NCBI GenBank assembly: GCA_036785375.1
Contig: JAWMAR010000131.1
Location: 558,001 to 622,000, forward strand
Origin: Leucoraja ocellata
Lineage: Eukaryota
Length of the DNA stretch: 64,000 nt
Reading direction: 5' to 3'
Part shown: positions 1-12,324 of the stretch, in pieces
How positions within the stretch are numbered: position 1 is the stretch's first letter
Layout: every line of letters begins with the position of its first letter
Notes under the pieces: generated by a model
What the model saw: the letters and a program-made list of their open reading frames with translations, nothing else
What the model was told of the DNA's origin: nothing
Databases searched by the model: none
Program-made: the position numbers and the translations under genes

Positions 1-205
1 GACAGGATGGATTGTGAGGAGGTTTATCCATAGCAGAGGTTTAAAACCAAAGGGCGTAGGTTTAAGGAGAGGATTAAGAGAGTTCCAGGGATGTGAGGTA
101 AAACCCTTCACCCAGTGGGTGGTTGAAATGTACCACTGAGATGGTGGTGGAAACACTATTTATAAAGTATCTGGATGAGCACTCGAAACATCAAAGCATA
201 GCCAA
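1..205 (+). mobile_element. CR1/HER1-type LINE, 3' end of ORF2 (degraded fragment)
   Basis: Matches the C-terminal CR1 region seen in many copies here (…ccaaagggcgtaggtttaagg…ttcacccagtgggtggtt…tatctggatgagcac). Confidence 0.7.
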
Positions 206-209
206 CTAC

Positions 210-510
210 ACAGGAACACAAGGAAATAGGAGCAGCGAAGGGCCACCAGTCCCCTCAAGCCTGCTCTGCCATTCAGTATCCATTCCGGTCTCAACTCCTC
301 CTATGTGCCAGGTCTTCTAAACCCTCAACTCCTTGATCTTAATCATCTTCACCTTAAATCTATCTAATGATCTCGCCTCAACCACATTCTGGAGTTGAAA
401 ATTCCACAAGTTCATGCCCCTCGAACACAAAGGAATCTCTGCACACCTCAGTTTTAAATGACAGGTCCCTTATTGTATAACTATGTTCCCTTGTTTGTGA
501 CTCTCCAGCG
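210..510 (-). mobile_element. CR1/HER1-type LINE 3' fragment
   Basis: The minus-strand ORF remnant 'GESQTREHSYTIRDLSFKTEV' resembles the CR1 'GESRTRGHSLRIRG.FKTEM' motif. Confidence 0.7.
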
Positions 511-569
511 GGTAAAAAGTGACTGGTGCTGGTGAATAGGATTACCAGAGATGGGTACTTGAGCAAAGA

Positions 570-742
570 ACAAAGTAATGGAGTAAGTCAGCGGGTCAGG
601 CAGCACCTGTAGAGAGAATCGATAGGCGATGTTTCAGATCGAGACCCTTCAACTAAAGAAGGGTCTCTTTACATCTGAAACATCACCTATCCATTCCCTA
701 CACATATGCCATCTGACCCACTGAGTTGCTCGGCACCATGCA
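570..742. mobile_element. Penelope-like element terminal-repeat remnant, inverted pair (hammerhead-motif repeat)
   Basis: gagtaagtcagcgggtcaggcagca…gtttcagatcgagacccttc followed by aagaagggtctc…ctgaaacatcacctatcc…tgagttgctc. Confidence 0.7.
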
Positions 743-1189
743 GTTTCCCGTGTCTCCATTGATATGCACCTGATGGTCAGCCCAGACATGATCGATCGAA
801 GGGCCAGTTTCTGTGCTATGTGGCTCTTTAACACCATCACATGCCCTTCCACCAGATTTGCCACCTAACCGCTCCCCCCTCCCCCACCACAAGTGACTAC
901 CTCCCCTTTACTAGTCTCTTTCCCCATCCATCACACCCGCAACTGTGCTGAATGTTTGCTTTTATTGTAATCTTCACAAGATTACATTCTGCCGGATTGC
1001 CGTGGAGTTTTTGCAGCCCTTGTGTGTAAGCCCATTCTCTCCACCTGAACTGATGCTCCTCAGACTTCCCAGTAGCGCTTGTGTGATAAAAACCTTGCCC
1101 GCAAAGCTGCCAGTCGCAGAGCACTCCAGCCAAGGAACCTGTCATTTGCTGCATTTGACGGTCTCTCCTTTGCTGAAGTCCAATGTTAG

Positions 1190-1262
1190 GATGGTTCGCA
1201 CGCAACAAATGCTTTTCACTATACCTCGGTACACGTGACAATAAACTATACTGAAACTGAAC
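1190..1262 (+). mobile_element. LINE 3' tail (L2/Rex-Babar-like)
   Basis: …caacaaatgcttttcactatacctcggtacacgtgacaataaactatactgaaactga is a typical fish/shark LINE tail. Confidence 0.5.
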
Positions 1263-1553
1263 GCGCCCCTTGCAGTCTCCCTGTTACACCATAACATCTG
1301 TCCCTGTGCACCTCATATAGATTGAATACGGTGACATTTTAGATCTTCAGCTACCCTTGGGAGATAACAAGACCATCTCCAGCAATATTTTAGGGCTCTA
1401 ATGGTAAAAAAAACTACTATTATTGCTGGATGATTAATTGAAAATTGAGAATGTTACTGTGCAGATAAAGTAATTTGCACTTGAAGAAAAATATGGCAGA
1501 CTGATTATTTGAGCTCGCACACACAATAAGGATTCTGCACAAAACCTCGGAGG

Positions 1554-1610
1554 TTAACTCTTCACAAACTGATTTATTAGGTAATAATAAATTAGTTTGT
1601 GAAGAGTTAA
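1554..1610. repeat. Near-perfect inverted repeat (26-bp arms, 5-nt loop)
   Basis: ttaactcttcacaaactgatttatta-ggtaa-taataaattagtttgtgaagagttaa; the single mismatch is a G-U pair on the + strand. Confidence 0.9.
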
Positions 1611-1732
1611 TCACCAAGAGAGACTCATCCACTTCCTTCTACAGTACATACACTGATTTCACCAGAGGGTGAAAGATTCAAAAGGGGAAAAAGGAAAATA
1701 TTTTACAGCAATGATATTTTAAAATGTGGATA

Positions 1733-1975
1733 AACACAAAAAGCTGGAGTAACTCAGCAGGACAGGCATCGTCTCTGTGGAGAAGGAATGGGTGACATTT
1801 CGGGTCGAGACCCTTTTTCAGGCTGGTGTGGAGATGGATAGATTCTTGATTAGTTCTTGATCAAGGATTATGGAGGGAAGGCAGGAGAGTTGGGTTGAGA
1901 TAGATCTGCCATGATTGAATGGCGGAGCAGACTTGATGGGCCGAATGGCCTAATTCTACTCCTACAACTTACGAT
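1733..1975. mobile_element. PLE terminal-repeat remnant (-) abutting a CR1 3' end (+)
   Basis: acacaaaaagctggagtaactcagc…ggtgacatttcgggtcgagaccc, then gatagattcttgattag…gggccgaatggcctaattctactcc. Confidence 0.75.
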
Positions 1976-2762
1976 CAAAAAGCTGAACATTGCAGATGCT
2001 GGAAATCCAAAATTTAAAAAAACAGCAAATGCTGGAACTATTTAGCAGGTCAGGCACCATCTGTACAGAGAAATACACAGTTAATGTTCAAGGTCAATGG
2101 CACTAGTCTGAACCATTCTACTGTAGGGAGATTATCCGTAAACATTTACCCTGTTTCTCTCCACTGATGCTGCCTGACCTGCTGACTATTCCAGCAGTAG
2201 ATGGAATTGGATAGTTATATGGATGGGAAGGGAATGGAGGGTTATGGTCTGAGCGCAGGTATATGGGACTAGGGGAGATTATGTGTTCGGCACGGACTAG
2301 AAGGGTCGAGATGGCCTGTTTCCATGCTGTAATTGTTATATGGTTAGATGTTTTTAGTTTACGGTTTACCACAGCCGTGCTTCTCACACACCACAGATAC
2401 AGTTTGCTGTTCTCATCTTGAACCTATATGTGACAGATGTTCATGGAGCAAAGAGGGAGTTCACCCTTGCTTGCTCGGGGTAATGTGGCTGGGTTGGGCG
2501 CAGTATAATAATGCCTCTGGAATGAACATAACCCTGGGCTCCCTCACTGTATGAAAAATGTGAAAAATCTTCAAGCTAGGCATCCAACAGTCAGCCAAAA
2601 TAGACGGGCCTAGAAGCCCTTCAGCATCTGGAACAGATGATAAAGATGCAGCATGTAACAGACAAACTTATATTTCTTTCAAGTACCCACTCTTATAACA
2701 TTCTCTGGCATGCAGCATCCTACAGTGAGTTGAGCGACAAGCTCTACGGTCTAGAGAACAGG

Positions 2763-3081
2763 TTTTAGTTGTAGTTTTAAAGATATAGCGCGGAAACAAG
2801 CCCTTCTGCCGACCGAGTCCACCCTGACCAGCGATCCCTGCACATTTACACTATCCTACACACACTGGGGACAATTTACATGTATACCAGGCCAATTAAC
2901 CTACAAACCTGTGCGTCTTTGAAGTGTGGGAGGAAATCGACGAATTCGGAGAAAACCCACACGGTCACGGGGAGAACATACAAACTCCGTTCCGACAGCA
3001 CCCATGGTCGGGATTGAACCTGCGTCTCCGGCGCTGCAAGCGCTGTAAAGCAACTCTACTGCTGCACCACTGTGGCCGCCC
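2763..3081 (-). mobile_element. tRNA-derived HE1/V-SINE-type SINE
   Basis: The reverse complement has a tRNA-like head (gtggtgcagcagtagagttgct…ggttcaatccc), a central ggtttgtaggttaattgg domain and a CR1-like tail (gaagggcttgtttccgcgctatatct, aaact repeats). Confidence 0.85.
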
Positions 3082-4929
3082 AATGATAGACATTTTCAAA
3101 GGCCTTTCTGCTGCTGACGTTTGCAATGGCAAAGTAACTGAACAATAACAGGTAGATGTTGACGAAGGTTTGTAGGAACATTGTAGTGGATGGAGAGCAC
3201 TTGAACTCTGCTCAAGCTCAGTGGGATTCATGGGTTGCTGACTCAGGGAGAGTCAGAGTCCTGATCAAGAGAGAGTGGGGCAAGCACAAGTAGGTTCTCC
3301 AAAGCTGCTGAAAATAATTTTTAAAAATCTCAGATGCTGGAAATCTGAAATAAAATCAGAAAATACTGGAAACGTTCAGTAGATCAGGTAGCATCTGCAG
3401 AAAGCAAAACAGAGAACCAACCCGAAACATTAAGTCTGTTTCGCTTTCTGCAGGTTCTGCCTGACGGGCTGTGTGTTTACACCATTTTCTGGGTCTGACT
3501 TGAGTTACCTGAAGCCTGGTTACCAGCTGAACGAGGCTCCACAGGTGAGGCCTTTGTCCGGCAGGTCTTCATGCTAAGAGTGGACCTCAAGATGGTTGTG
3601 AAGCCTTGTTTATGGATGACTAACCTGCGCCACCTTCAGGCCACATACTGGCAAACACAACATGAACTGATAGCTTCTGGATCTGCTTGGATGCCAGGGC
3701 AATGTACAAGGCATATGTGGAAGACTCCGAAGGAAAATATGCACATTTTCTGTGGTCATAATTGCTAAATCCCAATGACTGGTGCATCCAAGCACTGAAT
3801 TTCAAGGCACTTGCCACTGAAATCCTGCAGAATTAAGGCACACTACCTATTTCAAAAGTCAAGATGATTCATTATCATATGTACCAATAATGGAACAATT
3901 AAATTGTTACTTGCTGCAACTTACAAACCCATAAACGCAATACATACAGATAAATACAATAATTTAGAAAATCCAATAAATTAATAATAAGAAAAATGAA
4001 AACTGCATTGCAAGGGGGTGGTGGTGGAGGCTGTATGATAGTATGAGAGTAGTATTAGGCCATTTGGCCCATTAAGTCAACTCCGCCATTCAATGGTGGC
4101 TGACCTATATTTCCCTCTCAACCCCATTCTCCTGCCTTCCCCCCAAGGCCGGTGATCAGTGATCGCTCAGCCCCCCTCCCCACTTTCAAAAACGTTCTGC
4201 AGCCCCTGTAGGGTACAAGACTCCCAGGCTGAAACAGGCTTCTGCACACACTGGTGGAAGCCTGACCCCATCTCATCCCCTCCCAGGATATCAGAGGCAC
4301 CCATCCTCTTCATGTAGGCTCACCTTTAAGTAGTTTACAATCTTCACTCCCTCCATCTCCTGCTCCTGCCAATGATCATGCACAACACCCCTCCCAAAAT
4401 AAAAGACCCCCCACCCTTGTGTTGCTCACTGCACCCTCCAATTGTCTCTCTAGCGGACTCCGATCTCGATCATATCTCCAGCCGATTCCAGCCACAGACT
4501 CGATTTGAACTTGTGTTTCCCTCCCCTAAAACCAAGATCCCCTCTAAGTCCTGCTCCACCTTACGATCTATGGTTCAGCTATCAGCAGGTCTTTGTACGT
4601 ATGCAGTATGGTAGCCCTATTCTATCATGTTTACCACCCTGGCCTTGCAAGGTACTTAGCCATTGTTTTGGTTGTGGTTCCAAGTCCGTGTGCTCAAATC
4701 AAGGAATGGGTTTGGAAGGTGTGTTTTGAACACAACAAATCCACTCAGGTTTGGTTTCCATTCGAGCCATTGACACCTGGTGGGATGCTAAAGAGAGAAG
4801 AGGGCAAGGGACTTTGCCTTCAAAGGAAACCAGCAGCAGGAACGTCTTATCTGTTGCTGTGAATCTCCAGGGAAGCATTGGAGTGCGTTGTTGAAAGAGG
4901 CTTGAGACAGAGGCCCTACAAGAATACCA

Positions 4930-5014
4930 AGAATCTGAAGATTGGTCTTGACCTGAAACATCACCCATTCCTTCTCTCCAGAGATGCTGAGTTACTCCAG
5001 CTTTTTGTGTCTAC
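4930..5014 (+). mobile_element. PLE terminal-repeat remnant with degenerate hammerhead motif
   Basis: ctgaagattggtcttgacctgaaacatcacccattccttctctccagagatgctg; flanked by taccaagaat/taccaagagt. Confidence 0.75.
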
Positions 5015-6384
5015 CAAGAGTGTGTTACACAGGTAACTTAGAAGAAAAGAGACAAAACCAGTTATCCCTGAACTAAGATACACAGCCATAATTCATTGAA
5101 GCTTACGATTTTATACCCAACTATACTTTGTTATCACTCCCTCCATTTTTTTTTAAATGCTTTGAAATAGTTTTATTTTTCAGTTTACATTGACATTTCC
5201 AGGTCTCTGTGTACTTCTTTCATCTGATTTGAATTGGCCTTTGAAAATATTCCAGAAGATTCCCTGACTTTTTTTTATTAGGGGGGGGGGGAGGCTTGTA
5301 ATCATTGTTTCCTTCAGTTTTACTTTTAATTTTCTGTTTGTACATAAGCCAGAACAAATAAAAATGTTCCTTGTATTTAGTGTCTCTTTCACCACTGCCA
5401 GCTCCTCCTTCCCCATAGATTTCTTGATCGTGTTCATCTTTCAAACCAAACTTCCATCTTTGTCCATTTTGTGATACTAGTATTATTATGTTGAGATAAG
5501 ACAAGAGGCAGGTATGAACAGAAAGAAGAGATGAACAGATTTGTGTCTACTTTGTGAAGTAAATTGTCCCAGCTTATGACACATGAAATGGATTAAGAAC
5601 CCATATCCATTTAGGTACCATCTATAATTGTCTGCATTTTGTGGAGACAATATTCTTTCCATTTTCTTTCAAGTTCTAAGAAAACGATTCAAAGATACAT
5701 AAAACATTTGTCCTCTACCACTGCGTAATGTTGCAATATAGAAAAGCCAGTTGATCTCAATGATAAAACAATGGATAATATTGGTTGCTTAATTGCAATG
5801 AAACAGAAGCTTTGAAGTTTTATTGGTGCACTGCTTATAGCCAAGAGAAAAGAGGACTATTTGTAATTAAAACAGCATCAAACAACAGGATTTAAAATGA
5901 TATGTTCTTAGCATTAAACCACAAGTCTGCAGTAAATGCCCAGTTTGACTTCTCCAGTATTGAGCTAATATATGTAGTTTAGTTTTTTAAATGATGGTAT
6001 TCTGATAAACAAATGTGTCATGGAATCACACTATGTCAAAGAATCTATTTAATCCGTCGTATCCCTCTTGATTTGTTCAATGTCATTTTCAAATAGTCCC
6101 ATTCCTCTTTCCTTTCTCTGTGGTCTTGTATTTATCTAAATCCCTGTTGAAAGCTATTGTTGAATCTGCTTCTACCACACCTATTAAGGCAGCGGGTTCC
6201 ACATCACTACAGCCCACTGCATTCAAAAATAAACTCTTCATCTCCTTGCTTTCTTTGGTATACCATTTTTTGGCCAATTGGCAAAGAGGAGATCTTCCTG
6301 CAGTTCGTCACAATTGGAGACTCAGGGAGCCATTCCTGAAGAGATGTTCAGATTACTCTGGACAACAATTGAGCAGGAACCTGG

Positions 6385-6760
6385 TTCATAAATTCATAAG
6401 TTCTAGGAACTACTGCGCCATTCAATCATGGCTGATCTATCTTTCTTTCTCAACCCCATCACCTGACTTCTCCCCATAACCCATGTTACACTTACTGATC
6501 AAGAAGAATCAAGTCGATCTCTGCCTTAAAAACATCCATTGACTTGGCCTCCACAGCCATTTGTGGCAATGAATTCCACAGATTCGCCACTCTCTTCACT
6601 AAATAAATTCCTACTCATCTCCTTTCTAAAGGTACATCCTTTTATTCTGAGGCTATGGCCGCTGGTCCTAGACTCTCCCACTGGTGGAAACATCCTCTCC
6701 ACATTCACTCTATCCAGGCTTTTCGCTATTCAGTAAGTTTCAATGAGGTCCCCCCTCGTC
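6385..6760 (-). mobile_element. CR1/HER1-type LINE 3' fragment
   Basis: ORF 6526-6708 'VERMFPPVGESRTSGHSLRIKGCTFRKEMSRNLFS' is the CR1 ORF2 C-terminus; 3'UTR and tail follow. Confidence 0.9.
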
Positions 6761-7184
6761 CATCTACATGGAAGTGGAGGTGTGATGTGGATTAACCCAA
6801 CTGCCTCCTCTCCCAGACATAGAAGTGGGATTGGGTAACCCAACTGAAAACTGGGAGGATAACCTACATGCAGAGGCCACTCATGGTCAATGGAAGAAAG
6901 AATAGTTTTGAAAGTTAAAAATAATCTTTCAGCTCAGAAAATGTTAAAGTGAGCATGCTATCCGTTGGAGAGGCAAAGGAAATGTGAGCATGGGTAGAAG
7001 ACCCAAGAAACACCAACTGTTACCTTGAGACATCAGCACAGTCTCAAGATGGTGGCTAAGATTTTCACAACAATCAGTCTTACCACAGTGAATTTGAGAC
7101 CTCACAATCTGCCATCTGCACACAAGAGCTTTTAGATGAATATTCGCAAAGTGTCCTTCACTGTTACGGAGAGAAAGAAGGCTT

Positions 7185-7510
7185 TCAACTCTGATACCCC
7201 TTTCTCTCCCTCCCTCTCCCACCCAAGTCGTTGTACTAGGTTCAAAGTCATCTTGTTGAGTCTCATTGTTTATAACTCATTTTCACTAGCCCACAGCTAA
7301 CAATGGCCTGCTTCCTTTATCATCCTTTCTTTCTTGCATATATTTCATTCATATGTCCTATATCTCTCCATATCATCGTCTATATCACTTGTTTCCCTTT
7401 CCCCTGACTCTCTGTCGGAAGAAGGGTCTCGACCCGAAACGTCACCTTTCCCTTTTCTCCAGAGATGTTGTCTTGACCCACTGAGTTACTCCAGCCTTTT
7501 TGTGCGTATC
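7185..7510 (+). mobile_element. Penelope-like element 3' region with terminal repeat and hammerhead motif
   Basis: Pyrimidine-rich PLE UTR (cccacagctaacaatggcctg…ccctgactctc) ending in cggaagaagggtctcgacccgaaacgtcacc…gagttactccagc. Confidence 0.8.
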
Positions 7511-9616
7511 CACCATCAACTAGAGCGGTTGTTTACAGTCCAGCCGCATTCAGCCTTTAAATCATGAATGGTTTTATCATCTTCGACTCAGGAGGGGTGA
7601 GTGAGCCTTCAGCAAATAGATTTAGTCATCCAGCTTTAATGGTTTCAGCAAGACGAGAGAAGTTGCTGATTGGCTAAACATAGATGATTACATCAGGGAA
7701 AGCTATTAGTAATTAATGAAATGCTGGCAGTAATTGGGAAAGTGTAAGGGGCTTGTAATGGAAGTCATCCATTCTACGCATTCTTCCTAGACGTGGAACA
7801 ATCCCTCACAATCCTTATGATCTCACATGCTTATCCATGCAAATCTATCTGACAGGAAGGTACATCTCTGTCTCCTTAATTGGACAGAATGGAGTTGTTT
7901 ATGGATATCGCAGACATTTAGGCCTCAGTAGGGGGTTACTCAAAAAACTCGTTAGCAAAAGCCACCCTAACAATCCAGTCAGATTCCTTCCCCAGAGCTC
8001 GGAGTGTCCAGTGAAATGGTGTTTCAATCAGACATTAATTTCTAGAATAGAGAAGGAGAATATCTCCAGCAGGCAGGAAGCCCAATCAATGGACTTGATT
8101 TACAACTTTTCATATCCCTGCTCTTTATCAACACTGAGAGGTTTTATATAATTTGAACCTTGTAATGTTCCCATGTGAGAAATGGGTTATGAATCATGCA
8201 GAGCAATAAACTATCTTATGTGCACTGGGACAGTGTGTGATGTAGTGGAAAAATGTATTCAGTATAGTGTAATCCCAAGCCCCATCATTTAAAGAGACAG
8301 TAATATTTTTTAGTGACCCACTGTAAGTCAGAGTTATCAAAATTCAAATCTATGCAGCATACCTTTTTAGCCCTCAGCTTCTAATATTTATGAGATGCAG
8401 TAATGATATAATTTTGTGCTCATTGTGGTGGGAAACAGCCCTTCGCACACAATGCTAGTTAAATATTCCCAGGCCAGTTATGCCCACAGTCAGTTCTAGG
8501 TAAAAGCTGGTGCCCAACCATGGCAGTCACTGACAAATGACTACATTGAGTCAGGAATAGGTGTGGTCTGTGTTCAACCGGGCTGTGCATCTGGAGCGTT
8601 TTACAGGGTTCTGGCACCTTGTCACTTAGAACAGTTTAGTTCTTGGTGAGCGCTCTGTCATCGAGGGCTTGATTCCTACATAAAGGTTTCCGAGCACTCC
8701 ATCCATGGCATCAGTTAGCAAGCTAAGTGATCCTTACCGATGAGGTGCCAGAATCTATACCTCTTTCAGTACCAGCACAGGGAACAGCTGTTGAGAGCAG
8801 ATAAATTCTCAATGGCTGTTCTCAATAGAGATTGCATTGAAATCTGAAAGACTGGAGAGATTTTCTAATCGCCTCCACTGACTGTTCATTCTTCTCTTTT
8901 TCTTTTGTATTCCAACGTTCCTTGCTGGCTGCTTGTTTTCCCCTCCATCTCTCTATTTTGTTTTCCTTCAATACTTTTTCCACTTTCTACCATTTCCTTT
9001 TATCTTTTTTTTATCTTATCTTATCGTCCCTCGTTTGATTTTTCTTTTCTTTTCCAGACAGTTTTTCCTTCATTTTATTTGTTTCGACTATCTTTTCTCT
9101 CCATTATCATTAAATGGCATCATCTGTATTCTTATATAAAAAAGAAAAAACACAGAAAAGGCTGGTTGCTATCAGATAGGAAAGAAATGATCCTGTTTTG
9201 GATATCATCTTTCATCAATGCTCCCAACGGATTCTGTTTATATTTCATGTTTCCAGATTTTTTTTTTAGTTCTGTACGTCCCGAACGTATTCAAATGGAA
9301 CTCGTCTGTCAGCTATTTTTACAAAGACTCTAATCCATTTATTTTAAACGAGTTCATTTATTTTAAAAGGCTTGGCATCGTAGTTAAAGCTGCGGAGGAA
9401 TTTCACTCTGCAAACGAGAGCACATTCGTTACTGGGTTCGGGCAGAACAATTTCAGCCGTTTTATCTCTGCAGTTTCATCTTCTTTTTCTTATTTTCAAG
9501 CTGCAAATAATCACTAAAAACAGCGATGAATCACTTTGGGCGGCCGTACACCTGGCTACCCTCAAATCCTCCCCCTGATTTCAGTGCCAGGGCCCTGTCC
9601 ATTTGCTGCTTCTTAG

Positions 9617-9878
9617 TGTGTAGGAAGGAACTGCAGATGCTGGTTTAAACCAAAAGTAGACACACAAAAAGCTGGAGTAACTCAGCGGGACAGGCAACAT
9701 CGCCGGAAAGAAGGAATGGGTGACGTTTTGGGTCTAGACCCTTCTTCAGATCAGTCAGAAGGAATGGGTGACGTTTCAGGTCGAGACCCTTCTTCAGACT
9801 GAAGAAGGGCCTCGACCTGAAACATCACCCATTCCTTCTCTCCAGAGATGCTGCTCCAGCTTTTTGTGTCTATCTTCT
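9617..9878. mobile_element. PLE terminal-repeat trimer (two tandem - copies, one + copy) with ~12-bp TSD
   Basis: Three hammerhead-like motifs at 9718-9750, 9766-9798 and 9799-9830; flanks tgctgcttctta / tgctgcttttta. Confidence 0.85.
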
Positions 9879-12292
9879 GCTGCTTTTTATTCACCTCCTT
9901 CGGACATTGTAAACATTCACCAGTCACTATCAACTGCAAATTAAAAGTACCTGTTTTTATAAAAGTCTTAAAAAAAATTGTGTTTGTTGTGGCAAGTCAG
10001 GTGTTGTATTCATAAAAAATGAAACCAACAAATTGTTAAGTGTCAAGTGAATTGGTTTAAACCAGTACTGAATTACAACCAATTCTATAGACTTAAGGCA
10101 TGAAAGCTAAGATTTCAGTGCTTTTGTTATCGTTATTATTTATTTTTATCGTGAAGGGTGCATTGTGGAGGGTATTTAAATTATAAATTCTCTATGTGGT
10201 GTTACCAGCATATCCTAAATAATCAATTCTTACACAGTCATAACATTGGATTTTACTCTCCTCGGCATTAAAATATATTTTTTCTATTCTCAAAAGTTGA
10301 GATCTCAATTTGAAATAGTGCAGATTGTGTGGAAAGTTGCTGGTTACTCAAATACAAGGAACACCACACATACTGAGCCAAGGCGAGGAGTTAGTTGCAA
10401 CATCTCAAGGTGATTCCAGCGATTCGACAAGCAGCCACTCCTCAGACCTGCTTCTGTATGCACGTTGCTGGGTGTAACATTATTCACTGGTGAAAAAGGG
10501 CTTCCGTTTGGTTTTACAACACATTCTGGTGCATTTTATTCTTTTTGTCGCTGCTTAAGAAGATCAGGGAGCACCCAGGGTTAAAATCTCCAGTGTTTGA
10601 CATTTATACCCAGGATTTCCTGATAACAGTCTGTCCACTTGCAATCTTAACTAGAGCGCAAATTCCACTTAAGGTACCGGGAATAACTGTGTATATATAA
10701 TTTCAATCATAACTACCCAGCTTGTCCAACATCACACATTAATAACCAGAGTAAATTCAATGCTGTTATAATTACCCAAGCTCACAGATCCCACAGACAT
10801 AGCTTTGGTTTGGTATCAAACAACCCATTTGACTTGCAGCTTACAGTTACTTCTCGTTTTATGTTTTAACTTTCTCGGCTGGTCTTCCCTTATGTTGTGG
10901 TTGTTCCTTTATTTCATTCTCTCCTTCCAGATTGCATTGGTAGCCCCCAGTGTGCTCCCAGTAATGCAGAAGGGCATAATTTGGATCAATTAAGTAGTCA
11001 GGGAACCACAGAGTTGTGACAGGAACACAATGTAGAACCCGAGTAGCAGGCACAGTGTGAACGAGAACAGAGCTGAGAGAAGGCTTAACAAAATTACTGA
11101 ACTCCAGTTCCACTGAAATAAATAGGAAAACACCCTTCTCTGGGGATCACGAAAATCCGAAACAATTTTAGCTCATTCCGAACTGTGAGCAGTGAAAAAT
11201 ATTCTTATGATCTGCGTCTTGCTTTATTTTCTATTGGTTAAATTTCAATTTGTTCAATTTGTTTAAATTTCCATGAAATGAAAATCCCAGGACAGGTCAG
11301 TTATTATTCCCATCACAATTAAAAATCGCCTTTTCCTGTCCATGGTTATGCACGGTTATTAATAATTTTGAAGTTCAGGCCTCTATTAATTACTGTTAAA
11401 TCAATATAATCTTGTAAAAATGCAAAATATTGATTGATATAATTTTATTTACCTAATTTAATTTTAGTATAACATTGATGTTAAATCAAATTTCCGATAT
11501 ACTAGAAACATGTAGAACCTCTATGCTCCCCTAAGCTGTTGATATTCAATGTTAAAAGAATAAACACTTTACAAAATGGCATTGCCACATTTTAAAATAT
11601 ACTAGAAAGTCACAGAATTTGGACATCTTCAACACGGTGGGTTTTTTTAAACTGAAATTCTTCACAGTTTCCTTTTCATGAATATAAAAAATGGAGGAAC
11701 TCCTCAGTTAAGGCATCAAATAATAAAAAATAATAATGAACGCCTAGGCTTAGCCAGTGTTGTCAGCACAAAAGACCTCCTGGGCTATAGTAAAAATGCC
11801 ACAGTGTGTTGTCTCAGCACCTAGCCAGATCCAGAAGCTTTTGTTGCACTGCTTTCTCTCTTCCCACAGACATTATCCGTTCGATTAAGTTGTGCAGCAA
11901 CTGGCTTTGTTAATATTTCCACTGGTTCACAGATTTCTGGATCTTTCCATTTCAAACACAATAGTTGAAGACCACAAATTTCCTATTAACTAGATTGCCT
12001 TTGTTACCGGTATATTTCTGTAATTTATAGTTGCAAGACCTGGATTTGCTGATTAGGGTAGGAGGTGCCTCATGATATTAAATATGACAGTGGCAATATG
12101 TAATGGTTTCGCTTAATTGATGTTGCGCTGACCTTTTTGGAACCCAGTGTACATATAATGCAGATCAGTTTTATTGTTAGAATTTCTCTGAGTCGTTGTG
12201 TTAAAAAAAATCGATGGTTATTGCATCTTCTATTTTCCAAATATATTTTTGCAGTTTGATCAATACCGGCACTGGGACTGGTAAATGCTGTC

Positions 12293-12295
<3 letters not shown>

Positions 12296-12323
<28 letters not shown>
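12296..12323. repeat. (GT)n microsatellite
   Basis: Directly visible. Confidence 0.95.

Positions 12324-12324
<1 letters not shown>

Noticed and set aside
897-1241. Overlapping ~100-aa ORFs on both strands
   Set aside because: No recognisable domain or splice sites; they run into a LINE tail.
5180-5504. K/E-rich minus-strand ORFs
   Set aside because: Compositional, crossing a homopolymer run; no convincing splice sites.
8905-9333. 142-aa F/S/L-rich ORF resembling a membrane protein
   Set aside because: An artefact of the pyrimidine-rich tract; non-ATG start, no splice context, and the opposite strand has stops.
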